DNA of 64,000 nucleotides from a virus (lineage: Duplodnaviria; Caudoviricetes), in the IMG/VR virus record IMGVR_UViG_3300009431_000002, positions 96,001-160,000 of that record; one strand, 5' to 3'. The notes beneath the pieces were generated by a model that did no database searches, was not told where the DNA came from, and saw nothing but the letters and a program-made list of their open reading frames with translations. The stretch's first letter is position 1, and every line of letters starts with the position of its first letter. Below, piece after piece: positions 1-8,009 of this stretch. Made by a program: the position numbers and the translations under genes.

Positions 1-535
1 GGACCACGCCGGCCGCCGACCGGACCATGCCGGACAGCAGCTCGGGGGTGGTGCCGGAGCCGAACGCGCCGACGGTGACCGGCATGCCGGCCGCCAGGGC
101 GGTCGCCTCGTTGGCACCCAGGGCGAACTCGTCGCCCCAGACGAGCTTGGTGGCCGCGTCGGCGCCGTCGGTGAGGGTGGCACCGGACAGGTACATCCTC
201 ACGCCGGCGGTGGACTCGACCAGGACGTAGGTGTTGCCCACCGCGCCCGGGGTCTGCGAGACCACGTAGAGCACGCTGACGCCGTCGTCGTCGACGTAGA
301 CGTCGGGGCTCTCGGCGTTGATCTTGGCCTTGGCCGCGGCGAGGGTGGCCACGAGACCACCGGACTGGTCGATCTCGTTGGCGCCGGCGCCCCCGACGTT
401 GAACGTCCAGGTGATCGAACCGATCTCCAGGGTGTCGCCCACGTTGGGGTTGTTGGCGAAGAAGACGGACCCGCATGCGGTCTTGGCGGGGACCTCCTTC
501 ATCACCGGCTTGAGCTGACTGCGTTGCAAGCTCAT
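1..535 (-). CDS. Tail-associated structural protein (partial, runs off the window start)
   Basis: My translation: ATG at 535 after GGAGG gives MSLQRSQLKPVMKEVPAKTACGSVFFANNPNVGDTLEIGSITWTFNV..., open to base 1. It shares the 'P..G.T.TI...LA.A..IN...G..GN' module with neighbouring genes. Confidence 0.7.
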   Translation of the reverse strand, partial: MSLQRSQLKPVMKEVPAKTACGSVFFANNPNVGDTLEIGSITWTFNVGGAGANEIDQSGGLVATLAAAKAKINAESPDVYVDDDGVSVLYVVSQTPGAVGNTYVLVESTAGVRMYLSGATLTDGADAATKLVWGDEFALGANEATALAAGMPVTVGAFGSGTTPELLSGMVRSAAGVV

Positions 536-548
536 GGTCTACCTCCGA

Positions 549-1238
549 TCAGCCCGTCGTGAAGATGAAGCCGATGACGTCGCCGGTCTGCAGGACAGCG
601 CCGGCGTCGGTCAGCAGGATGGCGTACTCGTCGCCCGCGAGATTGTCGAGGTCGATCTCCACGTTGACGAGGGACTGGTAGGACCCCGCGGCCGTCCGCC
701 GGATGGCGCTGAGCAGCTTGGGGGCCTCACCGAGGGTCACGGTGCTGATGGCGACCTGGCCGCCACCGGCGAGCATGGCCACCTCCTGGGCGGTCATGGC
801 GTGCTCGTTGGGCACCAGGATCTCCACCTCTTCGGCGTGGCCGTCGACCATCGCGTGGGCCACGCCGTTGGCCGCGGCCTCCTGGTCGGCGGCGAAGGCG
901 GCCATGGCGATGTCGAGGGTGATCTCCAGCCCCACGCCGGCTCCGGCGGTCTGGGCGACGATCAGGCAGACGTCGCCGCCGATGTCGTAGGCGTCGAACA
1001 GGGCGCTGGGGCCCCCGGCCACGTTGCCGTTGTTGATGGCGTCCACCAGCTGGGCGATGCCGTTGGGGGCGGTGTCGTCGGCCAGGGCGTACGCCTCGGG
1101 GGTGACGCCGTCGGTGAGGGTGACGCCGTTGTTGGGTGCCGCGTTGAGGGCGCCGGAGAAGTACACCAGGGCGTGTGCCTTCTGCGCCGTGAACTTGGCG
1201 ATCTGGGACGAGAGCTGGGTGTCGAGCAATCCGGGCAT
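549..1238 (-). CDS. Tail-associated structural protein, 229 aa
   Basis: Acidic Ala/Gly-rich ORF with native-looking composition; contains the shared module (LVDAINNG); C-terminus resembles that of 1256-2656. Confidence 0.65.
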   Translation of the reverse strand: MPGLLDTQLSSQIAKFTAQKAHALVYFSGALNAAPNNGVTLTDGVTPEAYALADDTAPNGIAQLVDAINNGNVAGGPSALFDAYDIGGDVCLIVAQTAGAGVGLEITLDIAMAAFAADQEAAANGVAHAMVDGHAEEVEILVPNEHAMTAQEVAMLAGGGQVAISTVTLGEAPKLLSAIRRTAAGSYQSLVNVEIDLDNLAGDEYAILLTDAGAVLQTGDVIGFIFTTG

Positions 1239-1255
1239 TTTCTATCTCCCTCCGG

Positions 1256-2656
1256 CTATTCGCCGAGGATGAAGCGGACGATGTCGTTCTGCTGGAAGAG
1301 GCCCAAGCTGTCGTACAGCGAGAGCGCGAAGTACCCCGCGACGCCAGCCTGGTCCACGCGGTAGTCGAGGCCGTTGACCCCGATGAGGTTGCCCGCCCGG
1401 TCGGCGCAGATGCCGTACAGGTTGGGCGCGGCGGTGAACGGGAAGCAGCCCACCGGGACCCAGTTGGCCAGGGGGCCACCGTCGGCCCACCGCGCGACGT
1501 CCTGCGCCGAGACGGTGTACTCCTGGGTGAAGGCGCCCTGGAACGCGTCCGCGGCGCCGCCCTGCAGGTCCTGGTCGGTCATGTTGGTGACGCCGGTGGC
1601 GTCGAGCACCAGGTTGCCGGCGAGGCCCTCGGCGTCCTTGGGCACGATGCAGACGATGGCCTGGCCGGCCGCGCTGTTGAACCCGATGACGGCGTCCGCC
1701 AGGACGCTGTCGGTGTTGATCGCCGTGATGAGGGCGTTGGCCACGGCCTGGGCGTTGGCCAGGTTGCGCTGGACCTCGAAGGGCGCCGCCGGTGCGCCGT
1801 CCACGAAGGTGAACGTCTCGAGGGTGGTGCCGTCGGTGATGGTGAACGTCTCGGCCGCGACGGGAAGACCCGTCAGGTAGCCGTAGCCCGCGCCGCCGCG
1901 CTCGATGCGCGACTGCCCCGAGACCGAGGACAGCGACAGGTGGAAGAACCGCTCGATGCCGTCGGCGATGACCATGATCTCGACGACGTCGCCGTCGCTG
2001 TAGCCGCTGAGGTCCAGGAGCGCGTCGATCTGGTGGGCGCTCCAGTCCATCAGCTGGGTGACGATGTTGGTGGGCTCGAGGGCGAACTCGCCCTGGCCCG
2101 CACCGCCGCTGAGCTCCACCTCGGCGGCGTCCGTGGGCGCCACGGCGCCGGTGGCGCCTGCCTCGAGCGTGCAGTTGACGAGGTCCGAGGTGTTGAGGAG
2201 CACGTCGGCCGCCGCGAGGACCACGTCGGAGGCGTCGTGGCCGGCGCCGACGGAGTCGTAGCCGACGGTGACGTCGTCGCCCACCGCCGTGATGAACGGA
2301 CCCGCGGCGTGCGCCACGTCGTCGTCCATGGTGATGGTGATGTCGTTGCCGTCGGCCCCCGGCCGGATGGCGTACCAGTCGATGCCGGCGTTGGTGCCGG
2401 TGTCGCTCGTGCCCTCCGCCTGCAGGCTGTCCTGCAGGAAGTTCTCGCCGGTGATGCTGACCTCCTGGTCGGCCAGCGGGGCGATCCCGCTCATCGGCAC
2501 CTGGGTGATGTGGTGGATGGAACCATCGTCGACGGGCGAGAGCGCAATCAGCGCCAGGTTCTCTCGCACGGCGTCGAGGTGCCGGTGATGCCGGTGCTGG
2601 CGGTTCGCGGGGTTCCACGACGTCAGCAGCGGGATACGGGAGCGGTCACGAGCCAT
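1256..2656 (-). CDS. Tail-associated structural/fibre-like protein, 466 aa
   Basis: Acidic beta-rich composition; module FTITDG...ANALITAIN...GLAGN resembles the sheath insertions. Confidence 0.65.
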   Translation of the reverse strand: MARDRSRIPLLTSWNPANRQHRHHRHLDAVRENLALIALSPVDDGSIHHITQVPMSGIAPLADQEVSITGENFLQDSLQAEGTSDTGTNAGIDWYAIRPGADGNDITITMDDDVAHAAGPFITAVGDDVTVGYDSVGAGHDASDVVLAAADVLLNTSDLVNCTLEAGATGAVAPTDAAEVELSGGAGQGEFALEPTNIVTQLMDWSAHQIDALLDLSGYSDGDVVEIMVIADGIERFFHLSLSSVSGQSRIERGGAGYGYLTGLPVAAETFTITDGTTLETFTFVDGAPAAPFEVQRNLANAQAVANALITAINTDSVLADAVIGFNSAAGQAIVCIVPKDAEGLAGNLVLDATGVTNMTDQDLQGGAADAFQGAFTQEYTVSAQDVARWADGGPLANWVPVGCFPFTAAPNLYGICADRAGNLIGVNGLDYRVDQAGVAGYFALSLYDSLGLFQQNDIVRFILGE

Positions 2657-2803
2657 TGTTCGTTCCCTCGGTCGAGGCGGCGTAGCGAGCTACGCTGCCG
2701 GTTTGCGGCCCCCAGCCGGGACGAGCCTTGTGGGTCAAGTCCTGTGGGAACGCCCGATGCGCCCACCGTTGGCCGGGCCAGTTGCGATTACCTTAGAACA
2801 CCC

Positions 2804-2818
2804 CGACACGTAGTGTCG
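2804..2818. repeat. Spacer variant of the palindrome (CGACAC-GTA-GTGTCG)
   Basis: Same arms as the six-copy palindrome but a 3-nt centre; intergenic, just past the stop at 2823. Confidence 0.4.
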
Positions 2819-2822
2819 AGGG

Positions 2823-2894
2823 CTAACCTCCTACCAACAGACCGGCCAGAGCGCCGAGTCCGACGATGAACAGGGCTACGGACACCATCCACAT
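2823..2894 (-). CDS. Putative 23-aa membrane peptide MWMVSVALFIVGLGALAGLLVGG
   Basis: ATG overlaps the upstream stop (TGATG at 2892-2896); product is entirely hydrophobic. Confidence 0.35.
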   Translation of the reverse strand: MWMVSVALFIVGLGALAGLLVGG

Positions 2895-3340
2895 CACGGT
2901 GGCTGAATCCAGTCGGTGATGTTGAAGCCGAGCTCTGCCAAGACCACGGCGAACAGCAGCAGCCCGAGGATCACTGCCACGGAGGCCAAGGGCTTCTTCT
3001 CCACCAGCCCCACCAGCTCCCGGAAACACCACAGCCATTTCGGCTGTCGTGGGGCCAAAGCGCAGACCTTCTTGATCTGCTCCTCCAGCTCCCGCAGCCG
3101 CTCCTCGATCTTCTCCTTGAAGTCCGTCTCCGACTGGATGAGCACGTCGATCCGGGCCTGGGTCAGTCGCTCCGACTCCTCCCGATCCTTCATGCAGTGG
3201 TCGGTGCTGCGCACCATCTCCTTGGTGGTGTCGTCCAGCCCCCGCAGGGAGTCGCTCGTCCGTTCCACCAGGGACAGGACAGATTCGAGATAGGCCGCGT
3301 CCGTCGTCTGGGGCGTGCTGGGCTTGTCGTCCGTCCCCAT
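2894..3340 (-). CDS. Coiled-coil protein with C-terminal transmembrane helix (holin-like candidate)
   Basis: GAGGAG RBS; heptad-like middle; hydrophobic LASVAVILGLLLFAVVLAELGF near the C-terminus. Confidence 0.55.
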   Translation of the reverse strand: MGTDDKPSTPQTTDAAYLESVLSLVERTSDSLRGLDDTTKEMVRSTDHCMKDREESERLTQARIDVLIQSETDFKEKIEERLRELEEQIKKVCALAPRQPKWLWCFRELVGLVEKKPLASVAVILGLLLFAVVLAELGFNITDWIQPP

Positions 3341-3472
3341 TCCAGCTCCTCACAGTCGCCAGTGCTTCAGCCGAGGTATTCTCCAGGGACGTCAGGTTCG
3401 CTTCCCAAGATGCGAGCGCGTCGTCTCTCGAGCTCATGGCTCTGGCCCCTTCTCCCCTCTCCATCGTACCAC

Positions 3473-3826
3473 CTACGGGCTCGCCTCCCCGACCTTCTTC
3501 GCGGCCTCGATCTCCCCGACAGTCTCTTCCCGGGCGACCGGGACGATCTTGCCGTTCTCCTTCTTGCTGCCGACCGCTCCGAGGATACGGTACTCCGCCT
3601 CCAGGTTCCCCAGGTTCACGGCCTCGAGGGACGCGATGGTGGGTCCGACCACCTGGTCCATGTGCTCGTCCATGCCCGCGCTCACCTGCGACACGCCGCG
3701 ACGCCGGGTGTACACCACACACGAGGTATCCACGTCCAGCTCGGCTGTGTCAGGGAAGACCAACACCCTACCCAGCTCGTCGGTGACGAGCGACCCATCT
3801 GTCAGTTCTGCAACGACCCAGCCCAT
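3473..3826 (-). CDS. Hypothetical protein, 117 aa
   Basis: GGAGGG RBS before ATG; in the minus-strand operon. Confidence 0.6.
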   Translation of the reverse strand: MGWVVAELTDGSLVTDELGRVLVFPDTAELDVDTSCVVYTRRRGVSQVSAGMDEHMDQVVGPTIASLEAVNLGNLEAEYRILGAVGSKKENGKIVPVAREETVGEIEAAKKVGEASP

Positions 3827-3835
3827 GCCGCCCTC

Positions 3836-4582
3836 CTAGTAGTGGACCAACGTCGCGTCTGGGATTTCGACGTCGAAGACCCTCGTAGCCGCGTCCCACT
3901 TGTTGAAGTAGTAGTAGACGCGGAAGGTCAGGCCGCCGCCTTGGTCCATCCTATGAGCGTCGGCCGCAACAGCGCCGTAGATCCCCATCTGTTCGGTCAA
4001 GTAGGTCCGCCCCGTGTTGAGGTTGTCCAAGATGCGGTAGCCACCCTGGGGGCTGTAGGTGAAACAATACCTTCCGTCGTCGGAGTTGTCCCACCGGGCG
4101 TTCGCACCCCAGTTCATCTGCGTCCCGGTGTTCTTCGTAATGATGTCCAGCCGCTGGCGGTCCGGGTTGCCCCCGTCACAAGACAGGCGGAGCCGCATCG
4201 AATCGTCCGCTAGCAGGGGGTCGATGAATTGAATCCGAAGCCAGAACTCCTTGTTGCTCGCCAGCGTATCCGCCATGTTCAAGATGGTTTCCCAGGTGAA
4301 ATCGGGCCACAGCTCGATAGGGATGTTCGCCGTGTAGTCCTTGTAGATCCCGCTCGACCCGTTGGGGGCGTCGGTGATGTTCCTCATCTTGAGGATGCCG
4401 CCCTCGAACTTGCAGATGTCCATGCTGGCCTTGGCAACCGTCGTCCAACCCTCCCAGGGATCGGCCTCGGTCAGGAAGTCGTGGTCCACAGCCCACTCAT
4501 CTGCGGAGAAGTTGATGAGAGACTGGATAGGAGCGGGACCGCTGCCGCCTCCGCCTCCACCTGGGGTCTGCGTGTAGCCCAT
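3836..4582 (-). CDS. Hypothetical beta-rich protein, possibly receptor/carbohydrate binding
   Basis: Follows the tail-spike-like gene; Gly linker at the N-terminus, aromatic-rich body, visibly more A/T in codons than flanks. Confidence 0.55.
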   Translation of the reverse strand: MGYTQTPGGGGGGSGPAPIQSLINFSADEWAVDHDFLTEADPWEGWTTVAKASMDICKFEGGILKMRNITDAPNGSSGIYKDYTANIPIELWPDFTWETILNMADTLASNKEFWLRIQFIDPLLADDSMRLRLSCDGGNPDRQRLDIITKNTGTQMNWGANARWDNSDDGRYCFTYSPQGGYRILDNLNTGRTYLTEQMGIYGAVAADAHRMDQGGGLTFRVYYYFNKWDAATRVFDVEIPDATLVHY

Positions 4583-4591
4583 GATCTTCTC

Positions 4592-7105
4592 CTACAGCCC
4601 TGTCATCCACACACGGAACTTGGGGTAGACGCTGAAGACGGCAACGCTCCCCACGACGTTGTTCCTCACCACGTTGATGGCGAGGGTGTCCCCCGGGTCG
4701 GGGGCGATGCCCCCAATCAGACCGTCGGGATCGGTCATGGCGATGCGCTGGGACTCCGTCACCTCCTGGAGATTCAATGACTCCGGGATGGCCTCGTTCG
4801 CCACCGTCTCCAGGTTGGCGGGCGGGTTGACGTCGGCGTCGTTGTCGTCACGGTACAGCGCCGTGTTGAACGTGAAGTCCGCATCGGCCAGAGCCGCCGC
4901 ACTGCTGGAGTACTTGAAGTCGAACTCCAGCTCCGCCCCCTGGCGGAACTCATCGGGCACGGTGAAGTGTCCCACGATGCTCTCACCGGCCGGAGGGGCG
5001 GCAAAGTCCATCGACAGCAGGTAGCCGATGAGACCACCTGGGGGACCAACTGCCGGAGCGGGACCGCCTGCCCAATCGTCCACCACGTACAGCAGCTTCT
5101 CGCCGTTGCCGGTGCCCCAGATCTCCACGTCGTGCTCGAAGTACGCCTCGGCGCCCCCGATGCCACAGACGTTGGCGCCCAGAGCCGTGGTGAAGTTCGG
5201 AGCCTCCATGAACTCCCAGTGCTGACGCCCCTGGTTGGCGGGCGCCTGTAGGGCGATGAGGTAGTTGTCCGTGACCGTACCGAAGACGGCGGGCAGCTCG
5301 ACGCGAGACTCCCCCACCTCGACGGTGATCTGCTGCTCGAACAGGTGGCCACAGCCGTGCATCCGGATGAACCGGCCGTCGTTGGCCACGCCGCAGGTGA
5401 TGGTGGGGCAACCGATGTGGACCTGGTCCACGTCTGCGAACACGACCTCCTGGTCGAAGTGCAGGTCCATGTCCCAGGTGTTCATGTTGATGGACCGGGC
5501 GGCGCCTCCGCCCCAACCATCGACCACGCTGGGGCCGCTGTTGAAGATGAACTTCGCGCCCCGGGTGCCCAGCATCATGTTGCGCTGGCCGCTGGCCTGG
5601 TTCCACAGGTAGACGCTGTCGCCCAAACAAGAGCCGCCATCCACCATGTTGAGGAAGGAGCCCGCGGCGTTCCCCAGCCTGATGCGCGTCACCGCGAGCT
5701 GGACGAACATCTGCTGCATGTTCAGCGCGCCCTGGACCTCGATGTCGCAGTTGATGAACGACACGGAGCCCAGCACCTCGGCCACCCCGCCTGCGATGAC
5801 CAGGTTGGCCGGGAAGTCGGTGATGAGCACGTCGTCGGCGGCCAAGGTGCCGAAGTTGTTGGTGTCCAGCTCGACGAACAGACTGGTGGCGTCGTTGTCG
5901 TAGACCCAGCCGACCGCGCCGGACTCGGCGCCGGAGGTCAGGGCGATGCGCTTCCCCTTGTGCTCGTGGGCCGCCCACGCGCCTCCGGGGATGTCGCCGG
6001 CGGCGAAGGTCAGCTGCCGTCCCCCAGCCCTCGTGTCGGAGGCCACGGCGTTGATGGTGGCCGTGCCGTCGCCGCTGTTGAAGATGCCGGCGTCCGCGGC
6101 GAGGTCGGGGCCCCGGATGACCAGTCGCGGCCACCCGCCCCGGTATTCGATGCCCGCTCCGAAGTCCAGGGTGCCCCCGACGCTGTCCCAGTCGATGATG
6201 TACCCGAAGATGTTGGTGCCGCTGTGGTACGTCGGGATGTCCAGCAGGGCACGTGCGAGCGTGGCGTAGGCGGTGGGCGCGGTCGTGCCGTCCCCAGCGT
6301 CATCGTCACCGGTGTCCCGGACGAAGATGGTCTGGTCGGCCACCAGGGGCTCGTCGTACTCGCGCTTGCGGATGCCCCAGGCGTTGGGGCCGACCTCGCG
6401 CAGCCGTCCGACGTCCGTGGCGACGACCAGGGACCCGACGGGGAAGGAGGTGTAGGACACGCCCGAGAAGGTCGGGATGTAGTACACGCTCGTGGCCACG
6501 TCGGGCAGGGGGTCAGCGCCGACGATCAGCGAGATGTACGACAGGTTGTGGATCCGCCGATGGAGCTTCAGCCCGTAGCTGTAGTCGCCATCCGGCAGGT
6601 CGTACAGGGCCATGTTCGGCAGGCCCGGCGTGGCGTGCGGCCGGTAGACGAAACTGATCTGCGCGTTCTCCACGGCAGCGGCGGCGACGGCGTCTCCATC
6701 GGCGACCGTGGCCTCGGCCTGCAGGAGCCCGAACACCTGCTCACCGTCGGGGGTCTCGACCTTCTCGCCGCGGTCGTCGAAGATCTCCACGGCGTTGATG
6801 ATGGCGTCGTCGATGGCAAGGTAGTCGGCAGCGCTGGGCGTCTCGGTGCCCGGCACGTTGAATCCCGCCGAGACCACGGCCTCGTACCCGCCGTCGTTGG
6901 TGCTCGCGGGCCCGCCGATGGCGAAGGTCCCGACCCCGCCGGGGAGCATCGTGACGTCGACGACCACCCCCTGCGCCGGTGCGCCGAGAGTGAACTCCGT
7001 CGTGCCCACGTGGACGGGCACGCGCTGTGCAAAGGTCTTGGCTCCCAGCGCCGACGCGATGGCCGAACTGACGAGCTGAAGGCCGTGCCTGACTGCTCCG
7101 AGCAT
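4592..7105 (-). CDS. Tail fibre/spike-like protein with probable beta-helix region, 837 aa
   Basis: Motif IFVRDTGDDDAGDGTTAPTAYATLARAL is typical of the lead-in to pectin-lyase-like beta-helices; located in the tail cluster. Confidence 0.6.
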   Translation of the reverse strand: MLGAVRHGLQLVSSAIASALGAKTFAQRVPVHVGTTEFTLGAPAQGVVVDVTMLPGGVGTFAIGGPASTNDGGYEAVVSAGFNVPGTETPSAADYLAIDDAIINAVEIFDDRGEKVETPDGEQVFGLLQAEATVADGDAVAAAAVENAQISFVYRPHATPGLPNMALYDLPDGDYSYGLKLHRRIHNLSYISLIVGADPLPDVATSVYYIPTFSGVSYTSFPVGSLVVATDVGRLREVGPNAWGIRKREYDEPLVADQTIFVRDTGDDDAGDGTTAPTAYATLARALLDIPTYHSGTNIFGYIIDWDSVGGTLDFGAGIEYRGGWPRLVIRGPDLAADAGIFNSGDGTATINAVASDTRAGGRQLTFAAGDIPGGAWAAHEHKGKRIALTSGAESGAVGWVYDNDATSLFVELDTNNFGTLAADDVLITDFPANLVIAGGVAEVLGSVSFINCDIEVQGALNMQQMFVQLAVTRIRLGNAAGSFLNMVDGGSCLGDSVYLWNQASGQRNMMLGTRGAKFIFNSGPSVVDGWGGGAARSINMNTWDMDLHFDQEVVFADVDQVHIGCPTITCGVANDGRFIRMHGCGHLFEQQITVEVGESRVELPAVFGTVTDNYLIALQAPANQGRQHWEFMEAPNFTTALGANVCGIGGAEAYFEHDVEIWGTGNGEKLLYVVDDWAGGPAPAVGPPGGLIGYLLSMDFAAPPAGESIVGHFTVPDEFRQGAELEFDFKYSSSAAALADADFTFNTALYRDDNDADVNPPANLETVANEAIPESLNLQEVTESQRIAMTDPDGLIGGIAPDPGDTLAINVVRNNVVGSVAVFSVYPKFRVWMTGL

Positions 7106-7114
7106 GGGCTCCTC

Positions 7115-7966
7115 CTACACGCCGTCGCGCACGGTCCTCATGTAGCGGACCTCGAGCGTGTCGTCCGCGTCGGGCTGCACGTCCGTGGTCACCAGCATCT
7201 TCACCATCGGGTCGTGGATCGGGATCGAGAGACGCTTGTGGTAGTACCGCACGCCGGCGGCCGGGGCCGCGACGGGGAACTGGTACTCCACGATGGGCGT
7301 GGCGACGGGCAACACGCCGGCGGCCACGAGCCCCACGTCGAGGCCCACCTCGTCGTACAGCCGACCGTGGCCGCGCTGGCCCTCACCCATGCCGTACCGC
7401 AGCCGCAGCTGCACCTGCGTCACCGGGCTGGCGTTGGTGATGGCGAACTGCAACCAGATCTCCAGGTAGTCGTTGGCGTTCATCTCGACGTTGCCGCCGG
7501 AGTTCCCCTCCGAGTCCCAGAACTGGTGGAAGTTCTCCAGCTGCGAGTTCCACACGCCGTTGAGCAGCAGGCCCGTCGGTGCGTCCGAGGCGACGGTCGG
7601 CACCAAGCCCCAGTCCGCCGCGTTGGCCAGCAGGACGACGGTGTCGCCGACAGCCGTGGCCGTGCCGGGGTTGCCGAGCGCCGCCATCGGGACGTTGAGC
7701 ACGGCCGCGAGGTTCGTGGCCGACTCCTCCGGGGTGCCGCCGGCGTCCCAGTCCGGCCCACCACCGCCGGCCTCGGTGTGGACGGTGGCGCCGCCACCCA
7801 GGGCCGTGAGGTCCAGGGTGACGACTGCGCCGGTGAGGTTGTCGTTGTCGATGACGGCGACGAACGCCTGGGGTGCCATCTGGAACGAGGCCTCGGCCCG
7901 CAGCTCGACGGGGAAGAGGTCCATGTCAGCGTCGCCGCGCACGGCGGACGCATTTGCCTGGCTCAT
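7115..7966 (-). CDS. Tail-associated structural protein, 283 aa
   Basis: Segment TLDLTALGGGATVHTEAGGGGPDW...ATNLAAVLN closely matches sheath insertions (TIDTTVAGGGALTATEGGGADW). Confidence 0.65.
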   Translation of the reverse strand: MSQANASAVRGDADMDLFPVELRAEASFQMAPQAFVAVIDNDNLTGAVVTLDLTALGGGATVHTEAGGGGPDWDAGGTPEESATNLAAVLNVPMAALGNPGTATAVGDTVVLLANAADWGLVPTVASDAPTGLLLNGVWNSQLENFHQFWDSEGNSGGNVEMNANDYLEIWLQFAITNASPVTQVQLRLRYGMGEGQRGHGRLYDEVGLDVGLVAAGVLPVATPIVEYQFPVAAPAAGVRYYHKRLSIPIHDPMVKMLVTTDVQPDADDTLEVRYMRTVRDGV

Positions 7967-7978
7967 CGGTCACCTCCC

Positions 7979-8001
7979 GTCGACGACACAGTGTCGCCGA
8001 C
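7979..8001. repeat. Palindrome copy 1 (GTCGACGACACAGTGTCGCCGAC)
   Basis: Core CGACAC-A-GTGTCG at 7984-7996; intergenic, after the sheath stop. Confidence 0.85.
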
Positions 8002-8009
8002 CGGCTGCA

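Noticed and set aside
3341-3475. Possible TAG readthrough joining 3473-3826 to 2894-3340 (same frame)
   Set aside because: A second in-frame stop (TGA) follows 12 codons later, and 2894-3340 has its own RBS.
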